A stretch of DNA of 64,000 bases from an uncultured Anaerolineales bacterium (GCA_964651245.1 CAZYVI010000010.1:93182-157181), one strand, 5' to 3'. Shown: positions 39,354-49,084, numbered from the stretch's first letter. The notes: generated from the sequence alone by a model not told the origin. Numbers and translations are program-made.

Positions 39354-41267
39354 ATGCCCACGACCCCGTGGCGCCGCTGGGCGCCGCACGCGCCGCTGGC
39401 GGCGATCGTGGCGCTCTACCTGGCGACGGCCGCCGCCTACGCCTGGCGGGTGCCGATCCTCGAGGGCGCCGACGAGCACGGGCACGCGCTGGTGGTCCAG
39501 CACGTCAGCATCCACGGCAGCCCGCCGCGCATCGGCACGCTCTGGGAGGCCGTCCAGCCGCCGCTCTACTACGCCGTCGCCGCAGCGGTCCACGGCGCGG
39601 CCGGCGGCGGCCGGATCGTGCCGTCCACGCTCCGGCTCAACGACGGCTTCCGGTTCGACGACCCCAGCTCGGCCGACGCGTTCGATCCGCGCAGCTATGC
39701 GCCGGCCGACGCCCGCCCGGCGCGCCGCCTGCGCGCCCTGTCGATGCTCTTCGGCGCGCTGACGCTCGGCTGCGTGTACGCGACGGCCCTGGCGGTCTCG
39801 CGCGGGCGACGGTTGGTGGCATGGTCGGCCGCCGCGCTCCCGGCGCTCACGCCGATGTACGCCCACCACCACGCCGTGATCACGAACGACAGCCTGGCAA
39901 CGCTGTGGTGCGCCGTGGTCGTCTGGCTGCTGGCGCGGCACGTCATGGCGGGCGCGGCGGCGCCGGGAGCCGGCGGCGGAGTCGGGGGCAGCGGGGGCAC
40001 CGCGCGGCAGGCGGTGGGAATGGGCATCGCCGCCGGCCTCGGCATCTGGACCAAGCTCACGATGGCCCCGGTGGCCGCCGCCGCCGCCGTCCTGCTGGTG
40101 TGGGGGCCGGGGCCGGCCGCGGCGCGCCGGCGCGCCGCCGTCCGATTCGCGCTGACGGCAGGGGCCGTGGCCAGCCCGTGGCTGATCCTGAACACCTGGC
40201 ACTACGGTGATCCGCTCGCCCGCGCCGCGATGCAGCAGGCGCACGCCGCGCTGGCGGTGCAGCGCACGCCGTTCGCGTTGATCGGCGACGGCGGGTTCTG
40301 GCGGATGGTCTTCGAGTCCTACTGGGGTCGGCTGGGGTCGATGACGGTGCCGCTGCGCGCCGAGGACTACGCCCTGTTCCGCCTCGTAGCGGCCGTCGGC
40401 GCGCTTGGCCTGCCCGTCGCCATGGGGCGCCGCGTCATCGACCGGCGGGCCGCCGGCGCGCTGGGGCTCGTGGTCGGCCTGACCTGGGTCGCCTTCGTGG
40501 CCCACAACCTGGGGTTGTCGGCGCCGCAAGGCCGGCTGCTGTTCCCGGCGCTGCCGGCGCTGTCGGTGCTGTGGGCGGCCGGCTGGACCGCCGGGCTCGA
40601 TGGGGCGGTCGACGCCGCCCGCCATGCCGCGCGGCGCGCCGGTGTGGCCGTCGGGCCGCGCCGGCGCTGGGCGGGCGCGATCGGCGCGGCGGCATCCGCC
40701 GGGCTCGTCGCGGCGCTCGGGCTGGTCAACCTCCAGACGCTGGCCGGCCCCGTGCAGCGCGCCTTCCACGACGCGCCGGCGGCGCGCGCGGCGCAGCTCG
40801 CCGCGCCCGCGCCGCGCCGGCCGGCCGCCGCCTCCGCCCCCGCCGCGCCCGACGACGGCGCCCGGCCCGTCGCGTCGCGCGCGATCCGTGCCGCGGCGCG
40901 ACCCGACCGGCCGCCGCCCGCGCCGCCTTCGACGCTGGCCCGTGCCGATCGGCCCGCTGCGGCCGGCACGCTCCGCACGGCGCCCGGCGCCGCCGAGGAC
41001 GCCAGCGTGGCCGTTGCCGCGCCCGCTGCCGCGGAGTCGCGCGATCGGCGCCCGCGGCGGCCCGCGGCCAAGCCCCGGCCGCCGTTCGAGCCCGACGCGG
41101 ACGACGCGGCGGCCGACGACCGGGCCGCGCTCGAGCGGCGACGCCACGTCCCGAACGGGGGCGAGCTGCCGCCGATCGACGCCGCGCCGTGGGCGGCGCC
41201 GACGCCGCAGGCGGGCGGCGCGCAGCAGCCGATGCCCGTGCCGCCGGTGTCGCCGCCCTCGGCCTGA
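39354..41267 (+). CDS. glycosyltransferase family 39 / PMT_2-like (ArnT/PMT-type GT-C) membrane protein with a Pro/Ala-rich C-terminal tail
   Basis: N-terminal loop EGADEHGH and QPPLYYAV as in PMT/ArnT-like enzymes, with 10 or more TM helices. AGGAG lies 8 nt upstream of the ATG. Convergent with the YfhO-like gene, stops 3 nt apart. Confidence 0.55.
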   Translation: MPTTPWRRWAPHAPLAAIVALYLATAAAYAWRVPILEGADEHGHALVVQHVSIHGSPPRIGTLWEAVQPPLYYAVAAAVHGAAGGGRIVPSTLRLNDGFRFDDPSSADAFDPRSYAPADARPARRLRALSMLFGALTLGCVYATALAVSRGRRLVAWSAAALPALTPMYAHHHAVITNDSLATLWCAVVVWLLARHVMAGAAAPGAGGGVGGSGGTARQAVGMGIAAGLGIWTKLTMAPVAAAAAVLLVWGPGPAAARRRAAVRFALTAGAVASPWLILNTWHYGDPLARAAMQQAHAALAVQRTPFALIGDGGFWRMVFESYWGRLGSMTVPLRAEDYALFRLVAAVGALGLPVAMGRRVIDRRAAGALGLVVGLTWVAFVAHNLGLSAPQGRLLFPALPALSVLWAAGWTAGLDGAVDAARHAARRAGVAVGPRRRWAGAIGAAASAGLVAALGLVNLQTLAGPVQRAFHDAPAARAAQLAAPAPRRPAAASAPAAPDDGARPVASRAIRAAARPDRPPPAPPSTLARADRPAAAGTLRTAPGAAEDASVAVAAPAAAESRDRRPRRPAAKPRPPFEPDADDAAADDRAALERRRHVPNGGELPPIDAAPWAAPTPQAGGAQQPMPVPPVSPPSA

Positions 41268-41270
41268 CGA

Positions 41271-43814
41271 TCAGCCGCGCGCCGCGCGCTCCGGCCGCGC
41301 CGGGGACGGGCGCGCCGCCCCGCCGCCTACGGCCAGCCACCCGCCCACCGCCCACCACGCCGCGATCGCCAGCGCCGCGGCAGCCGCCAGCGCCCGGCCC
41401 AGCCGCCAGCCGGCGGGCTCGTAGCGCAGGACGATGCGGTGCCGCCCGGCCGGCGCCGGCACGGCGCGGAACGTGAAGTCGGCGCGCAGCACCGGGGCCG
41501 GCGCGTCGTCGACGGTCGCGCGCCAGTCGGGGTGCCAGGTGTCGGACAGCAGCACGAACGCCGGCGCGCCGAGGTCGACGTCGACGACGATGTGGTCGGG
41601 CTCGTAGGCGGCGACCGACGCGGCGCCCTGAACGGCTGGGCCGGCGCTGTCCGGCGCCGGGTCGACGGCGCGCACGGCGTCGGCGGCCGCCGGTTCGCGC
41701 GCGAGGTCGGCGGCGGCGAAGTGCACCACGGCCGCGGGGGCGGCCGGGTCGCGCAGCGCGTCGAACACCGCGGCGTCGTCGGCCCGTACGGCGGCGTCGG
41801 CGACGAGCCGGAGCCGCGGCAGGGCGCCGTCGTTGCGCCAGACGTCGACGGCCGGGTCGGCGTCGTAGGCGAGGGTCCAGCGGCCGCGGTCGCTGGGGGC
41901 GGCGCCCTTGTCGGTGACGCACCAGCCGACGCCGAAGCGGTTGTAGAGCGGCGAGCCGCGGTGCTCCAGCCCGTCCATGCTGAAGCTGTAGGTGCCCAGC
42001 CGCGACGGGTTGTAGACGCCGCCGAGGCCGTAGAGCCCCCAGAGCTGCGGCGCCGCCGGCGGCCAGGCGCCGGCCGCCACGTCGATGCGCGCCGGCAGGT
42101 CGGGCGCGCCGGGGGCGAACGACGCGCCGCGCTCGGCCAGCCACCGCACCGCCGGCGACGGCCGGAACCCGGCGGCCGGGTCGGCGCCGTCGACCTCGAC
42201 GCCGGCGCCGAGGGCGACGAGGTCGACCGCGGTGGCCAGCGCCAGCAGCGGGGCGGCGGCGCGTGCCAGCGGAATCGCCCATGGGCGGGGAGCGCGCACG
42301 GCGGTCGTCGGACCCGCCGTGGCCGGCATCGCCGTCGCGGCTGCGGTCATGGTCGCCATCGATGTCGATCTCGACGTTGATGGCGATGGCGACGTCGATG
42401 TCGACGTCGATGGCGGTGACGATGGCGATGGCGGTGACGATGTCGCGGCGGCGGTCGCCGCACGCCCGCTCCAGCGGGCCGCGGCCGACGCCGCCACGGC
42501 CTGCGCCCCCGCCGCCGCCAGCCACGCCAGCGCCAGGTCGGTCACCAGGAGGTAGCGCGCCGGCGCCCGGAACGGCAGGTCGAGCGGGGCGATGAGCCAG
42601 CTGTGGACCGGCGTCGCCGGCCCGAGCGCGATCAGCAGCGACACGGCGGCCAGCGAGGCGAAGACGGCGACGTCGGCGCCGTCGGTCGAGCCGAACGCGT
42701 AGTCGCCCCGGCGGCCGCGGCCCACCGTGAGGTCGCCGCCGGCACGTCGCCGCCGCCGGCTGGGCCACGCGGCCGCGACGGCGAACAAGGCCAGGCCCAG
42801 CGGCGCGAGGCCGACATAGCCGACCTCGACCCGGTCCCAGTCGCCGCGGAAGTCCGCCGCCCCCCGCCCGTACCACCACGGCGCCACAAGGCCGACGAGC
42901 GCCCGCGGCGGCAGGCTGTACTGCACCGCCGTGGCGTCGTCGTAGGCGGCGCGCACGGTGTGGGGCCGCAGCGCGACCGTCGGCAGCAGCGCCGGCGCCG
43001 CCAGCGCGAACGCCAGCGCGCCGGCGACGGCGACGTGAACGAGCGGCCCGGCGCGGCGGCCGAGCGCGGCCCGCCCGGCGGCGACCCAGCCGACGGCCGC
43101 CGCGCCGAGCCACGTGGCCTGGGCGTGGCCCGCCAGGGCGCCCATCGCCAGCGCCACCGCCGCCAGCGCCACCCAGGCGCCGCGCCGGACGAGCGCGGGC
43201 GCGCGGGGTGCGAGGCGGCGGTCCGATCCGCCGCCGACGGTGTCGGCGCGGCAGAGGCCGAGCAGCGCCAGCGGCAGCCAGCTGGCGGCGGCGTTGAAGT
43301 TGAGGTTGCCGAGGTGGGTGACGAAGACGTCGTTGAACATCCAGGCCAGCGCGCCCAGCAGCGCCGGGGCGGGCGCGAAGCCGCCGCCGTCGCCGCCGCG
43401 GCGCCACAGCCGCAGGCAGGCGTACATCGCCGCCCCGGCCAGCCAGGCGTGGCCGATGACGACCCACTGCAGGTGGCGGTAGTCGAAGGCGGGCGCGAGC
43501 GCGTAGAGCAGCCGCAAGGGCGGGTAGAGCAGGCCCGACTGGTTGTCGGCCAGCAGCGGCGCGCCGGCGTAGAGGTGCGGGTTCCACAGCGGCAGCTCGC
43601 CGGCGGCCAACCGTTCGGCGGCGAAGCGGTACATCGGGTAGAGGAACGACGCCAGGTCGCCGCCGCCGCGCGGCAGCCAGTAGCCGCCGAACAGGACGGG
43701 GGCGAAGAAGGCGGCGCAGGCGGCGGTGAGGGCGGCGAGGGCGGCGACGTCGCCGGCCGGCCACCGTTTCGGAGTCGGCGCCGAGGTCGGCGGCGGTGTC
43801 GCCGGCGCGCTCAT
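41271..43814 (-). CDS. YfhO-like polytopic membrane protein with a large extracytoplasmic C-terminal domain and an internal Ser/Thr/Pro-rich linker
   Basis: N-terminal multi-TM domain (LWNPHLYAGAPLLADNQSGLLYP...). STP-rich linker TSSPPSPSSPPSTSTSTSPSPSTS. The ATG overlaps the upstream gene's stop as ATGA (43811-43814). The longer listed ORF (to 46202) is a frame artefact. Confidence 0.5.
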   Translation of the reverse strand: MSAPATPPPTSAPTPKRWPAGDVAALAALTAACAAFFAPVLFGGYWLPRGGGDLASFLYPMYRFAAERLAAGELPLWNPHLYAGAPLLADNQSGLLYPPLRLLYALAPAFDYRHLQWVVIGHAWLAGAAMYACLRLWRRGGDGGGFAPAPALLGALAWMFNDVFVTHLGNLNFNAAASWLPLALLGLCRADTVGGGSDRRLAPRAPALVRRGAWVALAAVALAMGALAGHAQATWLGAAAVGWVAAGRAALGRRAGPLVHVAVAGALAFALAAPALLPTVALRPHTVRAAYDDATAVQYSLPPRALVGLVAPWWYGRGAADFRGDWDRVEVGYVGLAPLGLALFAVAAAWPSRRRRRAGGDLTVGRGRRGDYAFGSTDGADVAVFASLAAVSLLIALGPATPVHSWLIAPLDLPFRAPARYLLVTDLALAWLAAAGAQAVAASAAARWSGRAATAAATSSPPSPSSPPSTSTSTSPSPSTSRSTSMATMTAAATAMPATAGPTTAVRAPRPWAIPLARAAAPLLALATAVDLVALGAGVEVDGADPAAGFRPSPAVRWLAERGASFAPGAPDLPARIDVAAGAWPPAAPQLWGLYGLGGVYNPSRLGTYSFSMDGLEHRGSPLYNRFGVGWCVTDKGAAPSDRGRWTLAYDADPAVDVWRNDGALPRLRLVADAAVRADDAAVFDALRDPAAPAAVVHFAAADLAREPAAADAVRAVDPAPDSAGPAVQGAASVAAYEPDHIVVDVDLGAPAFVLLSDTWHPDWRATVDDAPAPVLRADFTFRAVPAPAGRHRIVLRYEPAGWRLGRALAAAAALAIAAWWAVGGWLAVGGGAARPSPARPERAARG
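42361..42444. repeat. tandem hexanucleotide repeat (14 x GAYGKC) inside the YfhO-like CDS; it encodes the Ser/Thr/Pro linker
   Basis: gatgtc gatctc gacgtt gatggc gatggc gacgtc gatgtc gacgtc gatggc ggtgac gatggc gatggc ggtgac gatgtc. Confidence 0.6.
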
Positions 43815-46366
43815 CGCACCGTCACCGTGCCGACCGTCACCGCGTCGTCGCTCCAGCGCGCACCCGCGGCGTCCACGGCCGGCAGGCGCGGGGTGCCGTC
43901 GGTCGGGCGGTAGAGGCCGAGGCGCACCGTCAGCCGGTCGCCCGGCCGGACCGGCGACGGCCACGCCCAGGCCACGCGCGACGGGATGCGGTCGCCCGGC
44001 CGCCAGCGCGACGTCGGGTAGCGGTGGTCGCGCGAGGGCGGGCCGTCGAGCGCGAGCGGCTCGGCCTCGCCGTCGCGCGTCACGTGCACGAACAGCTGCA
44101 GGTCCTCGCCCGGCGCCTGGAGCGCCCGCCAGACGAGGTCGAGCGTGCCGCTCGCCGCCGGGGCGTTCATGTCGAGCGCCAGCGGCAGCGCCGGCCGCTG
44201 CGGCACGCCCGCGGCGTCGAACGCCCGCACGTCGAGCGCGATGGCGTCGCCGAAGCGGGCCGACGGCGGCCCGGCCGCGGCCATGCGCGCCTCGTCGCGG
44301 CGTGGCTGCGGCGCCGCCGCGTCGATCGCGACGTCGACCGCCGCGCTGTCCGGCCCGCCCGGTGCGGCCGGCGCGGACGGCCAGCTTTCCTGGGCGTTCA
44401 TGTCGTAGATGTCGACGACCAGCCGGGCGAGCGTCGACGGGCGGTAGCCGTCCCAGTCGGGCCGGGTCGCCAGGGCCGGCGCCCGGATCGTCCGGACGTC
44501 TTCGACGAGCAGGCCCGCACTGCGGTCGAGCGTGGCGAACGGGGCGTTGCCGCGGCCGGGGTAGCTCAGGTCGGGCGGGCTGGCGACGGTGCGCAGCGCC
44601 GTCGGGTCGTCGGCCGCGGCCACCGCCTGGTCCCAGCGCAGCGCGACGTAGCCGTCGCGCAGCGGGCCGTCGAATTCGGACGTCGGGTGGTCGAGGATGC
44701 GCCAGTAGAGGGTGACGTCGACGTTGCGCCCCTCGACGACGCGGGCCGGCGCCCGGATCGCCGCGAGCTCGACCCGGGCGTGGGTGCCGTCGAACGCGAC
44801 CCCGACCGGCACGGCGTCCGGTGGCAGCGTGCGCTCGACGATGAACCGCGGCCGGGCGTAGGCCGGCCGGATCGCGCCGAGGAGCGCGCCTGCGGACAGG
44901 CCGGCCATCGCGACCGCGACGATGGCCGCGAGCGCGCCATCGCCAAGCCGCCGCGGCGGCAGCAGCGCGCGCCAGCCCAGGACGAGGAGGACGGCCGGGG
45001 CGGCGACGGCCGGGAAGAGCAGCCGGCCGTGGGCGCCCTTGGCGATGAGCATCCAGCGCAGCAGGGCGGCGAAGGCGACGAGCCACCACACGACGAGCAG
45101 CGCGATGTCGGGCCTCGGCCACGACGGCCGCCGCCATGCGCGCCGCCCCCACGCCCGCACGCCGCCGGCCAGCGCGGCAAGGGCGGCGGCGTCGACGAGC
45201 GCGTAGACCCAGCGCGGCAGCAGGATCGTGAACCAGCCGAAGACGCCCCAGCTCGAGAGCCAGAGGCCGTAGAGCTCGGCCGGCAGGCCGCGCACGAACC
45301 GCGCGGCGCTGACGTCGCGCTGCAGCTCGGGCGGCAGCATGAGGTTCAGGCCGGTGAGCGAGCCGTAGAGCCGCAGGTTGCGCAGGTACCACCAGCCGGC
45401 CAGCACGACGCAGGCGGCGACGACGGCGGCCGCGGTGGCGACGAGGCGGCGAGCATCGGCGGCGGCGCCCGCACCGCGCCGCCGCCACGCTGCCCACAGG
45501 AGCGCCCCGACGACGAACGCGGCCAGCGCCAGCCCGGAGAGCTTGGCCAACGGGGCCAGGCCGACGGAGACGGCGAGGGCGGCGGCGTCGCGGCGGCGGG
45601 CGCGGGCGCGCCCGCTCGCGGCGCCGATGCTCGGGCCATCGCCACCGCCATCGCCATCGCCACCGCCGCCGACGTCGTCGTCGCGCGCGCCCACGACCCG
45701 CAGCAGCAGCGCCAGCGACACCGCGGCGACGGCGTTCATCGCGTTGTCGTTGGACACCGTCGACGAGAGGTGGATGAACTGCGGGTTGAGGCCGACGAGC
45801 GCCAGGGCGGCGACGGCGAGCCAGCGGCGGGGGGCGAGGACGCGGGCGAAGATCGACCATAGGGCGACGAGGGTGGCGAGGGCGAGGAGGGTCGAGGCGA
45901 GGCGCATCGCGCGGACGGCGGCGAGGTAGCGGTCGTCGCGGCGGGACGCGCTGGCGACGAACCGGTTCTCGTTGCCGCGCACCTCGGGTCGCCCCATCGA
46001 GTTCTGGTGGTTGTACGTCAGCGCGTCCCAGCCGGGTTCGCAGTGCCCGCGGAAGGTCTCGCCGGCGGGATCGAAGCCGTTGCCGTCGAGCCGGACGAGC
46101 GGGCTCACCAGGGCGTAGTACAGCGGCGGCTGGCTGCCCTCTTGCTCCCACAGCCCCCGGTCCTCGGCGCGCGCCTGCTGCACCGGCAGCGTGCCGGTGC
46201 AATAGAGGTGCTTGGCGAAGAAGTAGTGCGAGCTCTCGTCGGCGCCCTCGAACGGCGGCACGACGGCGTTGTAGGCGAGGGCCAGCGCGGCGAAGGCGGC
46301 GATGATCGCGCCAGCGGCGGCCCTCGCTGCGCGTTGGGTCGAGGGCGCTGGCCGCGTGACGGTCAT
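43811..46366 (-). CDS. glycosyltransferase family 39 / PMT_2-like membrane protein (second copy) with a C-terminal extracytoplasmic domain
   Basis: PFEGADESSHYFFAKH and QPPLYYALV motifs, multiple TM helices, and an acidic Gly/Asp low-complexity insert DDDVGGGGDGDGGGDG. Start taken at the in-frame Met-15 of ORF 43811..46408. Its stop overlaps the YfhO-like start. Confidence 0.55.
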   Translation of the reverse strand: MTVTRPAPSTQRAARAAAGAIIAAFAALALAYNAVVPPFEGADESSHYFFAKHLYCTGTLPVQQARAEDRGLWEQEGSQPPLYYALVSPLVRLDGNGFDPAGETFRGHCEPGWDALTYNHQNSMGRPEVRGNENRFVASASRRDDRYLAAVRAMRLASTLLALATLVALWSIFARVLAPRRWLAVAALALVGLNPQFIHLSSTVSNDNAMNAVAAVSLALLLRVVGARDDDVGGGGDGDGGGDGPSIGAASGRARARRRDAAALAVSVGLAPLAKLSGLALAAFVVGALLWAAWRRRGAGAAADARRLVATAAAVVAACVVLAGWWYLRNLRLYGSLTGLNLMLPPELQRDVSAARFVRGLPAELYGLWLSSWGVFGWFTILLPRWVYALVDAAALAALAGGVRAWGRRAWRRPSWPRPDIALLVVWWLVAFAALLRWMLIAKGAHGRLLFPAVAAPAVLLVLGWRALLPPRRLGDGALAAIVAVAMAGLSAGALLGAIRPAYARPRFIVERTLPPDAVPVGVAFDGTHARVELAAIRAPARVVEGRNVDVTLYWRILDHPTSEFDGPLRDGYVALRWDQAVAAADDPTALRTVASPPDLSYPGRGNAPFATLDRSAGLLVEDVRTIRAPALATRPDWDGYRPSTLARLVVDIYDMNAQESWPSAPAAPGGPDSAAVDVAIDAAAPQPRRDEARMAAAGPPSARFGDAIALDVRAFDAAGVPQRPALPLALDMNAPAASGTLDLVWRALQAPGEDLQLFVHVTRDGEAEPLALDGPPSRDHRYPTSRWRPGDRIPSRVAWAWPSPVRPGDRLTVRLGLYRPTDGTPRLPAVDAAGARWSDDAVTVGTVTVR

Positions 46367-46809
46367 GCGCCCTGCGCCGGCGGCAGCTGGCGGGGGAAGA
46401 TCCAGCACGAGGGGTGGGCTTCCATGCCGATGTGCGGGTAGTACGTCCGCGCCCCGGGCGCGGCCAGCAGGATGAGGTTCGCCGTCGGCGGGACGGCGGC
46501 GCGGGTGCGGGCGATGAGGGTGCGGCCGATACCGCGGCCCTGGAAAGCGACGTCGACGCCGAGGTCGGAGAGGTAGGTGCAGTAGACGAAGTCGGTGAGG
46601 CTGCGGGCGACGCCGACGAGCAGGCGATCGGCGGTTCGGGCCGTGACGATGAGGTCGGCCTTGGACAGCATGCCGGCGATGATCGCGGGGGCGTGGATCG
46701 GGCGGCGCGAGGCGAGGGTCGAGCGGACGAGGAGATCGACGAACTCAGCTGGCGTCAGGTCGGGCTCGAGCGCGTAACGGATGTCGGCGGCGTCGCGGTC
46801 CATGGGCAT
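46363..46809 (-). CDS. GNAT-family N-acetyltransferase
   Basis: C-terminal 148 codons of ORF 46363..49038: VAFQGRGIGRTLI acetyl-CoA-binding motif. GGAGGG upstream of the ATG. The stop abuts or overlaps the GT39 start. Confidence 0.6.
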   Translation of the reverse strand: MPMDRDAADIRYALEPDLTPAEFVDLLVRSTLASRRPIHAPAIIAGMLSKADLIVTARTADRLLVGVARSLTDFVYCTYLSDLGVDVAFQGRGIGRTLIARTRAAVPPTANLILLAAPGARTYYPHIGMEAHPSCWIFPRQLPPAQGA

Positions 46810-46826
46810 CCCTCCGACCCTCCGCC

Positions 46827-48893
46827 TTAGATCGGCAGCTGGGTCCCGAGCTCGACGACCTGCGCCGGCGGCAGGCCGTAGTAGTACGTCGCGCTCTGGG
46901 CGTTGCGCGACAGCCAGGCGAAGAGGTGCTCGCGCCAGACCGCCATGCCCGGGCGGCGGGTGGCGATGATGCGCTCGCGGCTCAGGAAGTACGTCACCGA
47001 CCGTGGGTCGAGCGACCAGCCGGGCGCTTCGACCGCCGCCAGGCCGCGCGGCACGTCGGGCTGCTCCATGAAGCCCGACCGGATCGTGACCCGCCAGACG
47101 TCGTCGCGCAGGCGCTCGACGGCGGTGCGCGCGCCGACCGGCAGGTAGGGCACGTCGGCGGTGTCCACATGGACGACGACGATCTGGCGATGCAGGACCT
47201 GGTTGTGCCGCAGGTTCTGGATGAGCGCCGGCGGCGTGCCGCGGGCGTTGGAGTAGAGGAACACCGCGGTGCCCGGTACCCGGGCGACGGCCTTGGCGTC
47301 GGCCTCGGCAAGGAACGTCCGCAGCGGCTGGGTGCTGGCGGCCAGCCGGATCGCCAGCAGCTTGCGGCCGGTGTGCCAGGTCGTCAGGATCGCGAACACG
47401 CCGCCGGCCACCACCAGCGGGAACCAGCCGCCGTGGAACAGCTTGAGGAGGTTGGCGCCGAAGAAGGCCAGGTCGATGACCAGGAACACCGCGCACAGCG
47501 CCAGCGCCCGGCCCTGAGACCAGCCCCAGCGCTCGCGCAGCACGGCGTAGAACAGGGCCGTCGTGATCGCCATCGTGCTCGTGACGGCGATGCCGTAGGC
47601 GGCGGCCAGGTTGCTCGACGTCCGGAAGCCGAGGACGACGGCGATGCACATGGCCAGTAGCGCCCAGTTGATGGCGCCGATGTAGATCTGCCCGCGCGCC
47701 TCGGCCGAGGTGTGGCGGATGTCGAGCCGCGGGCTGTAGCCCAGCTGGATGGCCTGCATCGTCAGCGAGTAGGCGCCGGAGATGAGGGCCTGCGACGCGA
47801 TCACCGTGGCGCAGGTTGCCAGCATCACCAGCGGCGCCAGCGCCCAGCCGGGCGCCAGCTGGTAGAACGGGTGCGCCGCCGCCGCCGCCGGATCGACGAG
47901 CAGCAGCGCGCCCTGGCCGAAGTAGTTCAGCAGCAGGCACGGCAGCACCAGCGCGAACCAGGCCAGCCGGATCGGACGCGCCCCGAAGTGCCCCATGTCG
48001 GCGTACAGCGCTTCGCCGCCGGTCACCACCAGGAAGACCGAGCCCAGGATCACGAAGCCGTGGAAGCCGTTGGCGGCGAAGAACCGCGCGCCGTGCAGCG
48101 GGTTGACGGCCGCCAGGACGGCCGGCGCGTCGGCGATGGCGGCGACGCCGAGCAGGGCCAGGACGGCGAACCAGAGCAGCATGATCGGTCCGAACACCGC
48201 CCCGACGCTGGCCGTGCCGCGGTGCTGGAACGCGAACAGGCCGATCAGGATGCCGACGGTCAACGCCAGCAGCAGGTTGTGGTCGACGGACGGCGCCAGG
48301 ACCGCCAGCCCCTCGACCGCCGACAGCACGCTGATGGCCGGGGTGATGACGCCGTCGCCGTAGAGCAGCGCCGCGCCGAACAGCCCCAGCAGGATGAGCC
48401 GCCCCCGCCAGCGGTGGGCCTTGTCGTGGCGCGGGCTGATCAGGGCGATGAGGGCCAGGATGCCGCCCTCGCCCTGGTTGTCGGCCCGCAGGATGAAGCC
48501 GACGTACTTGATCGAGATGACAATGACGAGCGACCAGACGATGAGCGACAGCACGCCGAGCACGTTGGCCGCTGTGGCCGCCACGCCGTGGGCCGGGTTG
48601 AAGCACTCCCGCAGCGCGTAGAGCGGGCTGGTGCCGATATCGCCGAAGACGATGCCCAGCGCCGCCAGCGCCAGCGGCCAAACCGGGCCGTGGTGCGGGC
48701 GGTGGCCGGCGGCCGTGGGCGTCGCGCCGCCAGCGTCGGCCGCCTGGTCGTCGGCCGCCGGCGCGGCGTCGTTCGACGCGTCCGACGGCGCCGCCGTCCC
48801 GGCGGACGGCGCCGTCACGTCGTCCGGCGCGGGCGGGGCGGCGGGGGCATCGGGCGGGGCAGCGGGCTGGGCAGCGGGCGGGGCGGCGGCCAT
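46827..48893 (-). CDS. kup: KUP/HAK/KT potassium uptake transporter with an Ala/Pro-rich N-terminal extension
   Basis: GIVFGDIGTSPLYAL, ADNQGEGGILAL, 12 TM helices, and a C-terminal cytoplasmic domain. GGAG lies 8 nt upstream of the ATG. Confidence 0.85.
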   Translation of the reverse strand: MAAAPPAAQPAAPPDAPAAPPAPDDVTAPSAGTAAPSDASNDAAPAADDQAADAGGATPTAAGHRPHHGPVWPLALAALGIVFGDIGTSPLYALRECFNPAHGVAATAANVLGVLSLIVWSLVIVISIKYVGFILRADNQGEGGILALIALISPRHDKAHRWRGRLILLGLFGAALLYGDGVITPAISVLSAVEGLAVLAPSVDHNLLLALTVGILIGLFAFQHRGTASVGAVFGPIMLLWFAVLALLGVAAIADAPAVLAAVNPLHGARFFAANGFHGFVILGSVFLVVTGGEALYADMGHFGARPIRLAWFALVLPCLLLNYFGQGALLLVDPAAAAAHPFYQLAPGWALAPLVMLATCATVIASQALISGAYSLTMQAIQLGYSPRLDIRHTSAEARGQIYIGAINWALLAMCIAVVLGFRTSSNLAAAYGIAVTSTMAITTALFYAVLRERWGWSQGRALALCAVFLVIDLAFFGANLLKLFHGGWFPLVVAGGVFAILTTWHTGRKLLAIRLAASTQPLRTFLAEADAKAVARVPGTAVFLYSNARGTPPALIQNLRHNQVLHRQIVVVHVDTADVPYLPVGARTAVERLRDDVWRVTIRSGFMEQPDVPRGLAAVEAPGWSLDPRSVTYFLSRERIIATRRPGMAVWREHLFAWLSRNAQSATYYYGLPPAQVVELGTQLPI

Positions 48894-49031
48894 CGGGTGC
48901 GCTCCGGGACAGGTCGGGCGGCATCGTCGGCGCTCGGGCGCCGGCGGCACGATGGTAGCCAGGCGGCCCGGGAACGCAATCCCCGACGCCGATGCGATGG
49001 GCCGGAAGGACACCGGATGTGCATGGCAGGC

Positions 49032-49060
49032 TTGACATGGTGACAAGTATGGCTTACACT
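49032..49060 (+). promoter_or_regulatory. sigma70-type promoter TTGACA-N17-TACACT for the XRE/2-TM gene pair, carrying a TGACA-N3-TGACA direct repeat
   Basis: -35 TTGACA at 49032-49037, a 17-nt spacer, and -10 TACACT at 49055-49060. AGGAGG at 49072-49077 lies 7 nt before the ATG at 49085. Confidence 0.5.
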
Positions 49061-49084
49061 TCGCCCAGTACAGGAGGCACGCCG

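Noticed and set aside
41271-46202. 1643-aa minus-strand ORF, the longest ORF in the track.
   Set aside because: It is a composite. Only the C-terminal 847 codons (41271-43814) have protein-like, YfhO-like composition and a start coupled to the upstream stop. The upstream 800 codons are Arg/Gly/Pro-rich and out of frame with the real GT39-like gene on the same DNA.
48894-49031. Possible c-di-AMP (ydaO-type) riboswitch in the kup leader.
   Set aside because: I considered it because Kup/Ktr genes are often riboswitch-controlled. The about 140-nt leader shows no recognisable ydaO conserved blocks by eye, so I cannot support the call without an Rfam scan.
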